A stretch of DNA of 49,477 nucleotides from a virus. Below are positions 6,601 to 16,096 of the stretch, piece after piece. The stretch covers positions 1 to 49,477 of IMG/VR virus record IMGVR_UViG_3300013947_000375; one strand, 5' to 3'. The notes beneath the pieces are model-generated. The model ran no database searches, had not been told where the DNA came from, and saw only the letters and a list, made by a program, of their open reading frames with translations. The position numbers and the translations under genes are program-made. Position 1 is the stretch's first letter; each line of letters starts with the position of its first letter.

Positions 6601-8130
6601 ATGGTCGATATTGAAAGAGTGGATGTGGTGGCTTCTGGCCTTCGCATTCCCTATAGCCTTATCTCTGGGGAGCTAGAAGGTCTGTATGGATCCCGAGTTC
6701 TGGCTGAGATGGCTGAGATCATCGGATATTACGATGTATATGAACGGGGGGCTCAGTTCAAGTCCGAGGGATCCAGAAGTGACTATGTTCCTTCGAACCT
6801 AAGATTTAAACAGGCCTCTTCCCTTATCAATAAAGAGGCTCGTTTTCTCTTTTCCCATTCTCCCGATTTGTGGGTAGAGATTCCACACGATGAGAAAGAC
6901 CATGAGCAGGCTATGGTTCAGGGCTCTATTCTCCAAACTCTGGTGGATAACGTTCTTTCCCAGAATCATTTCCGCTCAAAATTGCTAAAGGCAGCTAAAG
7001 ACTGCTTCATCGGCAAGCGTGTGGCCTACTTTGTTAACTTCGATGAAGAGAAGCAGACCATTAAGGTTAATTTCATTCCTTCTTTGGAGTTCGTATACGA
7101 GACTGATGAAGATGATAGTGACCTTATCACCAAGATTGTGGCCTTTTATACTGTCATTGATTCCAAGACCAAGGCAGATCAAAGAATCTACAAGAAGAAG
7201 TACTGGATGAATAGTGGTTACTGCTGGATCAATGAGGCCATTTATGATGGTCTGGGAACTCTCATCGATGAGATTACCCCTGATAGACCTACTAAGTTTA
7301 ACTATATTCCCGCTGGGGTCATAGTGAATGATGGTCTAACCGGGGATATGCTTGGTGAGTCGGAGATCTCTAACCTAGAAGAGTTTGAGAGCTGGTTTTC
7401 TCGACTGTCCAATGCTGATATGGATGCTGAGAGACAGGGAATGAACCCTGTACGATGGGCTAGGGATATGAATCCTGAATCCACTAAAAACCTATCTATC
7501 GCAGCTGGTGCCTTTTGGGATCTTTCCACAGACCAGAACTCTGCTGAGGGGGTAACTGGTGAAGTTGGTGTTCTGGAAACCTCTATGAACTATACCAATG
7601 CCATTAGTTCCACTCTATCTCGAATCAAGTCCAGTATGTACGACACTGTGGATATGCCTGATGTGTCTCCTGAGGCCTTGAAGGGTGTAGTCTCCAGTGG
7701 CAAGACCCTAAAGGCTATTTACTGGGGCCTCATCGTTCGCTGTGATGAAAAGATGTTGGCCTGGAGACCCGCCCTAGAAAATATCGTAAAGATCATCATC
7801 GATGGGGCTAGGCTTTATCCTAATTCGGCTAAACCTTTTATTGAAGAGCCCATCCCCAATGTCCTCTTTGAGGTTAGGGTCGATAATCAGTACCCCCTGC
7901 CTGAGGATGAAGTGGAGGAGAAGCAAATTGACCTGGCTGAGGTTCAGGCTCAAACTATGTCCAAGAAGGCCTATATGAGAAAGTGGCGTAACCTCACTGA
8001 TGAGGAAGCGGATATGGAAATCAAACAGATTGCCCTGGAGAGACAAATTCTGGAGGATTCCTTTATGGGAATGGACTCTACTAACTCTATGGAGAATGAT
8101 GCTGAGGCTGAGGAGGTAATCAATGAATAA
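6601..8130 (+). CDS. portal protein (SPP1 gp6-like)
   Basis: size (509 aa), position after the terminase, acidic C-terminus, strong SD. Confidence 0.8.
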   Translation: MVDIERVDVVASGLRIPYSLISGELEGLYGSRVLAEMAEIIGYYDVYERGAQFKSEGSRSDYVPSNLRFKQASSLINKEARFLFSHSPDLWVEIPHDEKDHEQAMVQGSILQTLVDNVLSQNHFRSKLLKAAKDCFIGKRVAYFVNFDEEKQTIKVNFIPSLEFVYETDEDDSDLITKIVAFYTVIDSKTKADQRIYKKKYWMNSGYCWINEAIYDGLGTLIDEITPDRPTKFNYIPAGVIVNDGLTGDMLGESEISNLEEFESWFSRLSNADMDAERQGMNPVRWARDMNPESTKNLSIAAGAFWDLSTDQNSAEGVTGEVGVLETSMNYTNAISSTLSRIKSSMYDTVDMPDVSPEALKGVVSSGKTLKAIYWGLIVRCDEKMLAWRPALENIVKIIIDGARLYPNSAKPFIEEPIPNVLFEVRVDNQYPLPEDEVEEKQIDLAEVQAQTMSKKAYMRKWRNLTDEEADMEIKQIALERQILEDSFMGMDSTNSMENDAEAEEVINE

Positions 8131-8737
8131 GATCATTGTTCAGAAAGATCAAGCTCGGTTATATGGTCGACCTTACCCCATTCCCCAGGGTCAGTCTCAG
8201 TTCAGTGAGATTGAGTTCTCCTTTTCCGAAGAGTGGGCCAACCTGCGAAAGATTGCTCAGTTTGAGCAGAAGAGCGGCACATATAATGTCGATGTCTCCG
8301 ACAATAAGTGCTTCTGCCCGTCTGAGCTGGTCAAAGGCTGGGTAAATATTCGGGTCAAGGGTTATCCTGAAGACACGACCTCCCCCGTTATCGCTACAGC
8401 GAATGAAATCATCCTCCCCGTTTCTGTGGGCTTTAAGTCCGGTGGAACTCCCCCGGTTCCCCCTACTCCTGATTTGTATCAGAAGCTTGTTGAGGAGTTT
8501 TCTGATAAAGTCCAGTCAGACTGGAATCAGAATAACCCTAATGCAAAGGATTATATCAAGAACCGTACACATTGGGAGGATTCTGATGGGGGTGTTCATA
8601 CACTGGACGAAAAGTATTTAAGCCTTGTAGACGGGTATCAAGCCATTAAAGATCTTTCAGAGTTTGGTATAGTAACCCCTGCATATCAAGATGAGGTTAT
8701 GTATATCTCTCTAGAACGAGAAATTTACATCTTATAA
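8123..8737 (+). CDS. hypothetical virion-associated, fibre-like protein
   Basis: ORF with GAGGAGG SD; SDWNQNNPNAKDYIKNRTHWE motif of the kind seen in phage fibre proteins (recognition from memory only). Confidence 0.6.
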   Translation: MNKIIVQKDQARLYGRPYPIPQGQSQFSEIEFSFSEEWANLRKIAQFEQKSGTYNVDVSDNKCFCPSELVKGWVNIRVKGYPEDTTSPVIATANEIILPVSVGFKSGGTPPVPPTPDLYQKLVEEFSDKVQSDWNQNNPNAKDYIKNRTHWEDSDGGVHTLDEKYLSLVDGYQAIKDLSEFGIVTPAYQDEVMYISLEREIYIL

Positions 8738-8749
8738 AGGAGTGATATT

Positions 8750-9193
8750 ATGGCGGAATTTAAGTTCAAGAACCTCAATCAAATTGATACAGTAGAGAAT
8801 CCTGCTGAAGGTACAACCATAATGGGGTTTGAAAATGGTAACCCTATTCAAATGCCTATGAGTGCTGTAAGGGGTTCCGGTGGAGTATTTGTCATTAATC
8901 CCCAAGATGATGAGTTTAGTACCACCGATACTTCCTATGGTGATAAGGTTTTGGCTGCTTTACAAAGTGGTAAAACTGTATACTACTACTTTGACGAATA
9001 CAGTGGGGTTTATTCCCAAATTAGGGGGTTTTGGCTTCAGAACAATAGTGGGGATTGGAGTGTAGGGGTAATTCCTGAATTCCAACAATATCAGTCTTCA
9101 GGGGTTGATGAGGTAAGATATAATGGCGTAGGGAATACATGGATTGCGAATGGTGACTATACCTCCTTTGCAATTACCCCTTTGGTGACTTGA
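8750..9193 (+). CDS. hypothetical protein (147 aa)
   Basis: ORF with AAGGAG SD. Confidence 0.65.
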   Translation: MAEFKFKNLNQIDTVENPAEGTTIMGFENGNPIQMPMSAVRGSGGVFVINPQDDEFSTTDTSYGDKVLAALQSGKTVYYYFDEYSGVYSQIRGFWLQNNSGDWSVGVIPEFQQYQSSGVDEVRYNGVGNTWIANGDYTSFAITPLVT

Positions 9194-9892
9194 ATGTCAA
9201 TTGATATTCAAATCTATGGGGTACATGATAGGGATTTTATGATTTACCCTCTCAGAGAAAAGCTGAACTTAGATGAATCTTGTGTTCACTATGATGATAG
9301 ACCTAATGGGGGGATAACCCTATACACCGCTAAAAAAGCATGGCTGGCTCCCATTCCTAATGGCGTAACTCATAGAGTTGCTTTAGCTGATGATATTGAA
9401 GTGTGCAATAACTTCGGGGAAATCGTAACACAAATGACAGTTACACACCCACTGGACATAATCTCCCTTTTTCCTTATGAGTTTATGAAGAAAAACCCAG
9501 AGGTTGAAAATGTAGATACCCCATATTTTAAAGCCCATTCCCTTTTTGGTGCTGCCATTGTGATGCCTGTGGTATACATTGAACCTTGCTTTAGATATAT
9601 TAAAGAAAAGTTTAATGACAACATACCCGATGATGATGGCATTTTGGATTGGGCTTTAAGGAATCAGGTAAGAGTACTTACAACCATTCCCGCAACGGTA
9701 CAGCACATTGGGGATGAGAGTGTTTTGTGTCCCGGACGATCCATCAGACGAACTGAGTATTTTACCCCAGCTCCTGAAGCTAACTGGGGTAATAAAAAAG
9801 TTATGTCTTATTCTCGACAAGAGTGGTTTTTTTCTAACAAGGGTAGACCAAGAAAAAATAAGGGGGTGCTCAAAGTTGCTTTTGAACCTTGA
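9194..9892 (+). CDS. hypothetical protein (232 aa)
   Basis: ORF, ATG immediately after the upstream stop (translational coupling). Confidence 0.6.
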   Translation: MSIDIQIYGVHDRDFMIYPLREKLNLDESCVHYDDRPNGGITLYTAKKAWLAPIPNGVTHRVALADDIEVCNNFGEIVTQMTVTHPLDIISLFPYEFMKKNPEVENVDTPYFKAHSLFGAAIVMPVVYIEPCFRYIKEKFNDNIPDDDGILDWALRNQVRVLTTIPATVQHIGDESVLCPGRSIRRTEYFTPAPEANWGNKKVMSYSRQEWFFSNKGRPRKNKGVLKVAFEP

Positions 9893-10940
9893 GTATGCTA
9901 AAACTCTACTCAGTGGTTTATTCACTAAGCTTAGAGCTGTACAGAATCAAATAATCATAACCACAACAAGTCTTCAGAAATCTATAGACCAGAATAAAAA
10001 AGAGATTGACAAAGATTTGGTTGCTTTGGAGTCAAACCTGAGAAAACGAATCACTACAACAGCGGATTCAACTGCTGAAAATTATGGGATCCCCCTTTTA
10101 AAAGCAACTTGGATACAACGGGAAGGTACATCATACCCCCATATATACCCCTCGTTTGGTTTAGTGGAGGGAAGCACTTTTAGGGTGTTATTTTCTTCAA
10201 CTGGTCAGGCAGATCATTTTGCCAGGTATATCTATATAGGTAACACCCGAATTCCCCTGTATATAGAACCCCCTGTTGGGGAGAACTTAAATTATAATAA
10301 CATATTTATGACTCAGCAGGAAGCTGGGGTATGCTACCTTATAGTGTATAGAACAGGCGCTTGCTATATTCAGGGGGTACAATATGTGTATACAGACCTA
10401 TTAAGAACTGGCGCCCCCCAAATCAATAAGTACCTGAAGGGGGGGGGATATTGGAAAAACCCCGTAGTGGCAAAAACCCCTTCTGAGGTTTTTGCTGATA
10501 TTATGCCTTCAGTTACCGTTGCTGATAATGCTAAGCTCCTTGGGGTTTTAGCAGGAAAGTGGTCTGTAGTGGATCCCCCTACTTCTTTTGTGGTTGTTAT
10601 TACACCGAATGATTCTGGTGTGCTCTCAGCTGACAAAACCCTTACAGATACGTTGGCGGCTTGTAAGGCTGGTAAGGTAGTGAAGGCCAAGTTTGATACA
10701 GTTTCATTGGAACTTCCCTTAGCTGATTACAATGACTCCCAGATCGTATTCCGGGCACCCCAGTTTTCGGGTAATAGGCTCACTCAGTGGGCTCAGGTTA
10801 CAATGACTGCATCTGAAATTACAACCACGGCAATCCCCAACGATGTAGTAATTGCATCTTCCACGACTGGGTCTACTAAGCTGTTTAAGCTTACGGTTGA
10901 TGACTCTGGAACCATTTCGGCTACAGAAGTTACTTCCTAA
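9876..10940 (+). CDS. hypothetical structural protein with N-terminal coiled coil
   Basis: the frame is open from 9708, but TTG at 9876 follows AAGGGGG (9860-9866) and avoids a 185-nt overlap with the upstream gene. Confidence 0.55.
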   Translation: MLLNLEYAKTLLSGLFTKLRAVQNQIIITTTSLQKSIDQNKKEIDKDLVALESNLRKRITTTADSTAENYGIPLLKATWIQREGTSYPHIYPSFGLVEGSTFRVLFSSTGQADHFARYIYIGNTRIPLYIEPPVGENLNYNNIFMTQQEAGVCYLIVYRTGACYIQGVQYVYTDLLRTGAPQINKYLKGGGYWKNPVVAKTPSEVFADIMPSVTVADNAKLLGVLAGKWSVVDPPTSFVVVITPNDSGVLSADKTLTDTLAACKAGKVVKAKFDTVSLELPLADYNDSQIVFRAPQFSGNRLTQWAQVTMTASEITTTAIPNDVVIASSTTGSTKLFKLTVDDSGTISATEVTS

Positions 10941-10954
10941 GTAGGTGAGTTACA

Positions 10955-12607
10955 GTGCCAAAAATCAATCTTCAGGATGGTGAGCAGGCTAGACTATCCA
11001 TTACTAAAGAACAAGAAGTAGAGATCTCTAAACTGTATCACGAGGTCTATCTAAAGCTAAAGAAGCAGATGGATGCTCTCCCTTTACAGGGGGAGGGTAC
11101 AGCTTCCCAGTCCCTCCGAAAGACCTATCTCAATAAGCTTATCAAACAATTGAAGGCTGAATATAAGTCTTTAGGGGAAGGACTGGAGAAGCAGATCAAG
11201 AAGGGAATGAAAGATACCTCCTCATCTGTGGTTCAAGCTAACGATGACTGGCTTCAAAAAGTTGGTATCAGTATAAAGGGGGCTTACAGTTTTGTTCCCG
11301 GTGACATAGTGTCTCTGGTCTCCATGGGAAAGCTTTATGGTGAAGGATGGACCCTAAGTAAGGCTATCTGGGGGGAGTCTCAAAAACATGCTCATGACAT
11401 AGATAAGATTGTGGCTTCAGGTATAGCGGCCAATAAATCTGCTTATGATATAGCCAAAGACCTAGAGAAGTATGTTAATCCCTCTGCGAAGAAAGAGTGG
11501 GATTGGTCCAAAGTATATCCTGGAACTTCTAAGAAGATTGACTATAATGCTCAACGTCTGGCTAGAACCATGGTCTCTCATGCATATCAGCAAAGTCTAC
11601 TGGCCTCTACTAAGTATAATCCCTTTGTAAAAGGGTATAGGTGGAGATCAGCTCACTCTACTCGTACCTGTGAGCTCTGTAATAGTAGGGATGGCCAAAT
11701 CTATTCAGCAAACAATCTCCCTTTGGATCACCCCAATGGAATGTGTACCTTCATTGTGGAACTCACAGGGGACATGAACTCTATAGCTGAGAGGCTAGGT
11801 GACTGGGCCAATGGAAAAAAGGATCCAGACTTGGATAAGTGGGCTAAGAGTATGTTTTCCCATGGGGGGTTCAAATCCCCTAAGAAAGTAAAGGATTCTA
11901 TTTTAAAATCCCCTAAGGCTACTAAGGCTAAGAGACCTAAAAGGTCTTCTACTCCTAATATTAAAGAATGGATAGCTGGAGTAAAAAAGAATACCCAAAA
12001 GGGAATGCTGGATTGGGAGAATAAGGAGCTAATGAATCTTCCCCAAGAACAGCTAGATGCCCTAAGACTATATACAGGTAGTAGCTTCGAGGAGATGAAT
12101 GGGTATCTAAGACTTTTAGGAAGGGGCCTAAGCAAAGAACAGGCCATAGCTGACTCGGGAATTAGACCTAATCAGCTAGAGGCCATTGAAAAGGCCAAAA
12201 AGGGACTAAGCTCTATAAAGACCACAGAGTCTCTATACCTACGAAGGGGAACTAATCTTGGAGACCTGGCTGGCTTTATGCCTGGGGACTTTGATGATAA
12301 TGTGGACAAATTATCTCGACTTTCTGTGGAGGAGCTAAATAAAAAGTTCTCTGGTACGGTTGGTCTTTACAGTGGTTTTACTAGTACTTCCAGTCTTTGG
12401 GATAGGGGCTTTAGTAACCCGGTAGAGATAATCTTTCATGCCCCTCCAGGTACTTCAGCTTCATCCATTATGAACATATCCCACTATGGAACCAATGAGG
12501 GAGAAACCCTATTAAATGCTGGAACTATGGTTAGAATACTTTCTGTGGAAGAGTCTGATGGGCATATGTACTCCAGGATCAGAATCTTTATGGAGATAAT
12601 TCCCTAA
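10955..12607 (+). CDS. minor head (morphogenesis) protein, SPP1 gp7 / Mu F-like, fused to a C-terminal ADP-ribosyltransferase domain
   Basis: gp7-like NAQRLARTMVSHAYQQ and RTCELCNSRDGQIY; ART R-S-E triad LYLRRG, GFTSTSS, NEGETLL; GTG start after AGGTGAG. Confidence 0.8.
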   Translation: MPKINLQDGEQARLSITKEQEVEISKLYHEVYLKLKKQMDALPLQGEGTASQSLRKTYLNKLIKQLKAEYKSLGEGLEKQIKKGMKDTSSSVVQANDDWLQKVGISIKGAYSFVPGDIVSLVSMGKLYGEGWTLSKAIWGESQKHAHDIDKIVASGIAANKSAYDIAKDLEKYVNPSAKKEWDWSKVYPGTSKKIDYNAQRLARTMVSHAYQQSLLASTKYNPFVKGYRWRSAHSTRTCELCNSRDGQIYSANNLPLDHPNGMCTFIVELTGDMNSIAERLGDWANGKKDPDLDKWAKSMFSHGGFKSPKKVKDSILKSPKATKAKRPKRSSTPNIKEWIAGVKKNTQKGMLDWENKELMNLPQEQLDALRLYTGSSFEEMNGYLRLLGRGLSKEQAIADSGIRPNQLEAIEKAKKGLSSIKTTESLYLRRGTNLGDLAGFMPGDFDDNVDKLSRLSVEELNKKFSGTVGLYSGFTSTSSLWDRGFSNPVEIIFHAPPGTSASSIMNISHYGTNEGETLLNAGTMVRILSVEESDGHMYSRIRIFMEIIP

Positions 12608-12614
12608 GTCCTCA

Positions 12615-12643
12615 TTTACAATTCTCTCCTGTTGTGGTATAAT
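12615..12643 (+). promoter_or_regulatory. sigma-A-type promoter inside the head module
   Basis: TTTACA (12615-12620), 17-nt spacer, TATAAT (12638-12643). Confidence 0.6.
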
Positions 12644-12665
12644 ATCAGCGAAGGAGGAATAGCTT

Positions 12666-12869
12666 ATGAAAGACCTCAAAGCTCGAATTGAAAGTGAAGC
12701 TCGATCCATCACTAGAATCACCAACTCAATGCTACAGTGTAAAGATTGTAAGTTTCGGTTTGATGATTCTGAAGTATTTGGGAATACTTCTCAATGCGAA
12801 GAATACCCCCTAAAACCCAGTCGGGTTTTTAAAGGGGAAGACTGTCCTAAATATCAGAAGGGGAACTAA
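12666..12869 (+). CDS. small Cys-containing protein (67 aa)
   Basis: ORF with GAAGGAGG SD; CKDC...C...C pattern. Confidence 0.6.
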   Translation: MKDLKARIESEARSITRITNSMLQCKDCKFRFDDSEVFGNTSQCEEYPLKPSRVFKGEDCPKYQKGN

Positions 12870-12976
12870 CTGAAGAGTTATTTCTTCTTTTGTATGCCTT
12901 TTCACCAATTGCAGGCGTAAAAGAACAGTTAGGGTATCACAGACCAGAGCTGTCTCTCTGGGGAAAGGAGCTCAAT

Positions 12977-13630
12977 ATGGGCAATTACAATGAAAACACT
13001 CTCAGAAACATTGGACTTCAGTTTTTTGCTGAAGGTGGGGAAGATCCTGAAAACCAGGACAACCACAATGGGGATGAGGGTACTGGTAGTCAGTCCAGGA
13101 AAACCTTTACTCAGGAGTACGTAAATGCCCTCCTGAAGAAGGAGAAAGAGTCTGCCAAAAAGGCCCTCCTAAAGGAGCTTGGGGTTGAGGATGCCAAGTC
13201 TGCTAAAGATGGCCTAGCCAAGTACAAAGAGACCCTAGAGAAAGACAAAACCGACATTCAGAAGGCCCAGGACACTGTGGCTGCTGAGACTAAGGCCAAG
13301 CAGGAGGCTGAGAAGAGAGCCCTTCTAGCTGAAGCCAAGGTAGAGGTTCTGTCTGCTGGCTGTAAGCCTGAATACCTTGATGATGTCATTACCCTGGCCA
13401 TGGCCAAAGTGTCTGAGGATAAAGACCTAGCCACTGTGGTTAAGGAGATGAAGGAGGGTACTAAGTACTCGGCTTTTTTCGGAGACTTCGATTCTGGTTC
13501 TGGTGACAAGGGTACCGGAGGGGGGTCTGGGTTTAAGAGAAAGGAAGGCTCGGAGAAAAAGGGTGGTCTAGGTTCTCGTCTGGGGGCTCAGGCTATCCAC
13601 AATGCTAAAAATCCCTATTTTAACAATTAA
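12977..13630 (+). CDS. scaffolding protein
   Basis: ATG at 12977 after AAAGGAG; K/E/A-rich coiled-coil composition; position upstream of the capsid genes. Confidence 0.55.
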   Translation: MGNYNENTLRNIGLQFFAEGGEDPENQDNHNGDEGTGSQSRKTFTQEYVNALLKKEKESAKKALLKELGVEDAKSAKDGLAKYKETLEKDKTDIQKAQDTVAAETKAKQEAEKRALLAEAKVEVLSAGCKPEYLDDVITLAMAKVSEDKDLATVVKEMKEGTKYSAFFGDFDSGSGDKGTGGGSGFKRKEGSEKKGGLGSRLGAQAIHNAKNPYFNN

Positions 13631-13644
13631 AGGAGGAAGAAACA

Positions 13645-14049
13645 ATGCTCAATCAAACTGGAATCAAAAAGACTACCTATGGTAGCCCGGTTCAGATTCT
13701 GTTCAATGTTCAGAATCAGGTGTCTGTGGGAGTTCGGGTGGATGATGCTTACTCCATTACTCGTGATGGTCGTAAGATCGTTCCCGCGGGCACTCCGCTG
13801 AGCGGCGATCTAACCGCCCGTAATACGGCCTTCGTTAAGGCTGTGGATGAAAGTGCAGCCAGTAAGGGAGATGGTAAGGCCGCTACCGGCATCCTTCTCC
13901 ACGATGTGGATGTTACCGATGGAGATGCCAATGGTACCCTGCTCATCTGGGGTTTTGTTGATCTGACCAAGATCGATACTACCACTGCTACCCTTATCAC
14001 TGCCACTCGGATGACTGAGCTGGCCGGTAAGGTCACTTTCCTAAAGTAA
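13645..14049 (+). CDS. putative head decoration protein
   Basis: small protein immediately upstream of a lambda-E-like capsid gene (the lambda D-E order); strong SD. Confidence 0.4.
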   Translation: MLNQTGIKKTTYGSPVQILFNVQNQVSVGVRVDDAYSITRDGRKIVPAGTPLSGDLTARNTAFVKAVDESAASKGDGKAATGILLHDVDVTDGDANGTLLIWGFVDLTKIDTTTATLITATRMTELAGKVTFLK

Positions 14050-14083
14050 TTTCCCTAATAATTTATAAAGGAGGAAAATCTAA

Positions 14084-15124
14084 ATGCCCACTATTTTTGA
14101 CTTTGTCAATGCCAATGAGATGGTCTCCTATTGGGAGACTCTTACCAAAGATCGTCCGCCTTACCTGGGTGAGACCCTGTTTCCGGCCCAGAAGAAGCTG
14201 GGCCTCGACCTAAAGTGGATCAAGGGTTCTGCCGGTCTACCGGTGGTTCTGAAGCCCTCTGCCTTCGATGTGGGAGCGGTTCCCCGTCCGCGTATCGGCT
14301 TTGATCGTCTGACTGCGGAGATGCCCTTCTTCAAGGAGTCTCTGTATATCGATGAGGAGCTGCGCCAGCAGCTAAATATGGTCCTGGAGACTGGCAACCA
14401 GGCCTATATCGATGCGGTGCTGAATCGCATTTTCAATGATAACACGGTTCTGCTGGAGGGTGCTGCCGCTCGTCGTGAGCAGATGCGTATGATGGCCCTA
14501 ACTACGGGAGCTATCTCCATCACTGCCAACGGTCAGAACTACAGCTATGACTATGGCATTCCTTCGTCCCACAAGGTCACTGTGACTACCTCCTGGAGCA
14601 GTACCTCCGCTGACATTGGAGCCGACATTGTGGCTGGTCAGGACCTGATCGAGGATGATACGGGTGTTCGTCCTACTCGAGCGGTTTGCTCTCGTAAGAC
14701 CTGGGGCTATATGCTCAAGAATGAGATCTTTAAGAAGTCCATCTATGTTCTGTCCCAGGGCCAGGCTACCCTGACCGACTCTGTCCTGAAGCAGTATCTA
14801 CAGGACACTTATGGCCTGGAGGTTGTGGTCTATTCTAAGCGTTACAACAACGACTCTAAGTCGGCTACCAAGTATGTTCCCGATGACACCTTCGTTATGT
14901 TCCCTTCGGGTGCTCTGGGTACTACCTGGTTTGGCACTACCCCGGAGGAGTCTGATCTAATGGGCAAGGCTGTGGCCAATGTTTCCATTACCGATGTCGG
15001 TGTGGCGGTCACTTCCATCAACAAGGCTGATCCAGTGAATGTTGAAACCAAGGTGACCATGATCTCCCTGCCCTCTTTTGAGGCTGCTGATCAGGTCTAT
15101 ATTCTGGACGTTATTCACTCCTAA
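14084..15124 (+). CDS. major capsid protein (lambda gpE-like family)
   Basis: 346 aa; position; N-terminal pattern IFDFVNANEMVSYWETL...PPYLGETLFP typical of Phage_cap_E; elevated GC and biased codons. Confidence 0.75.
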   Translation: MPTIFDFVNANEMVSYWETLTKDRPPYLGETLFPAQKKLGLDLKWIKGSAGLPVVLKPSAFDVGAVPRPRIGFDRLTAEMPFFKESLYIDEELRQQLNMVLETGNQAYIDAVLNRIFNDNTVLLEGAAARREQMRMMALTTGAISITANGQNYSYDYGIPSSHKVTVTTSWSSTSADIGADIVAGQDLIEDDTGVRPTRAVCSRKTWGYMLKNEIFKKSIYVLSQGQATLTDSVLKQYLQDTYGLEVVVYSKRYNNDSKSATKYVPDDTFVMFPSGALGTTWFGTTPEESDLMGKAVANVSITDVGVAVTSINKADPVNVETKVTMISLPSFEAADQVYILDVIHS

Positions 15125-15141
15125 CCTAAGGGGGTAATACT

Positions 15142-15465
15142 ATGCTCAAAATTACCAATGGGGAACAGACTTTGATAGTCACTAAGGGGGCCTTCAAGGA
15201 GATGTACTCCCCCGCCGGCTGGGTTGTAGTGAATACTGCCCCCACTATGCCCCTTCAGGAGCTCGCTAAGGCCCTGGAAGAGGGTGGGGGCAGTAATCCC
15301 CCCTCTGACCAGGAGGACTCCCCTGAAGACCTCAGTGAGGAGGATACGCTTAAGAATATGTCCGAAGTGGAGCTTAAGCAGTATGCTTCCCTTTTAGGGA
15401 TTAAGACCAAGTCTCTTAAAACTCGGGAGGAGCTCATGGAGGCTATTAAAGCCCATAAAGAATAA
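15142..15465 (+). CDS. hypothetical protein with C-terminal HeH/Rho-N-like motif
   Basis: ELKQYASLLGIKTKSLKTREELMEAI helix-extended-helix pattern after an acidic linker. Confidence 0.6.
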   Translation: MLKITNGEQTLIVTKGAFKEMYSPAGWVVVNTAPTMPLQELAKALEEGGGSNPPSDQEDSPEDLSEEDTLKNMSEVELKQYASLLGIKTKSLKTREELMEAIKAHKE

Positions 15466-15479
15466 GGGGGTATACTCCC

Positions 15480-15731
15480 ATGTCTGATCTAGATAACCTA
15501 AAGCTCATTCTTAGAGAAGGGGAGATCCCCTTCTTTACTGATGAGCAGCTCAATTTTTATCTCGACCAAAATGGTGGAGATGTAAGAGCTTCGGCCTATC
15601 AATGTTTACTGGTTAAGGCTGAGGACACCACTCTTTCCGTAAGTGGCCTTTCCACAGCTGATACCAGTAAATACTTTAGGAGACTAGCTTCTCAGTATCG
15701 CCCCTTTAATTCCGGAATCCTTAAGGGGTGA
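15480..15731 (+). CDS. putative head-tail connector protein
   Basis: size and position after the capsid gene. Confidence 0.4.
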   Translation: MSDLDNLKLILREGEIPFFTDEQLNFYLDQNGGDVRASAYQCLLVKAEDTTLSVSGLSTADTSKYFRRLASQYRPFNSGILKG

Positions 15732-15736
15732 TATTG

Positions 15737-16096
15737 ATGAATATTAGTTTCGAAAGGTATAAGCTCATCCGGTTTATCCAGTCCCAGGGAAAAACCTATA
15801 CCTTTGTAGCCTATGGAAAAAACCAATTTGGAGAACCTGATGAAGTAGAGTATTCTGTGGACATTCCTGGGGTATATCACGAAACTCAGGGATATGTTAC
15901 TGGCTCTGCTTCTGATGGATCCAATGTTAAAACTAAGCCCGACTCCCTAATCATGTGTCTTTCCGAAGACTCTATGGAGCTTAGTGAAGGTATGGTAGTA
16001 ACCATAGAGGGTAAAGACTATAAGGTAATAGATCTACGAGATATAAACAACCTGGGCGTAGCCTGTGACATTTCCTTGGAGGTGGTCCTTAAATGA
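15737..16096 (+). CDS. putative head closure / head-tail adaptor protein
   Basis: position; ATG 15737 lies 8 nt after TAAGGGG (the track start at 15728 is a GTG inside the SD). Confidence 0.35.
   Translation: MNISFERYKLIRFIQSQGKTYTFVAYGKNQFGEPDEVEYSVDIPGVYHETQGYVTGSASDGSNVKTKPDSLIMCLSEDSMELSEGMVVTIEGKDYKVIDLRDINNLGVACDISLEVVLK

Noticed and set aside
9708-9875. ATG at 9708 as the start of the 9708-10940 ORF
   Set aside because: It would overlap the upstream gene by 185 nt and has no SD. TTG at 9876 with an AAGGGGG SD is more plausible.
9194-9892. Glycosyltransferase assignment for the 232-aa ORF (LADDIE as a DxD-like motif), which would fit hmC glucosylation
   Set aside because: It rests on a single short motif with no supporting fold signature that I can verify by eye. 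The ORF is left as hypothetical.
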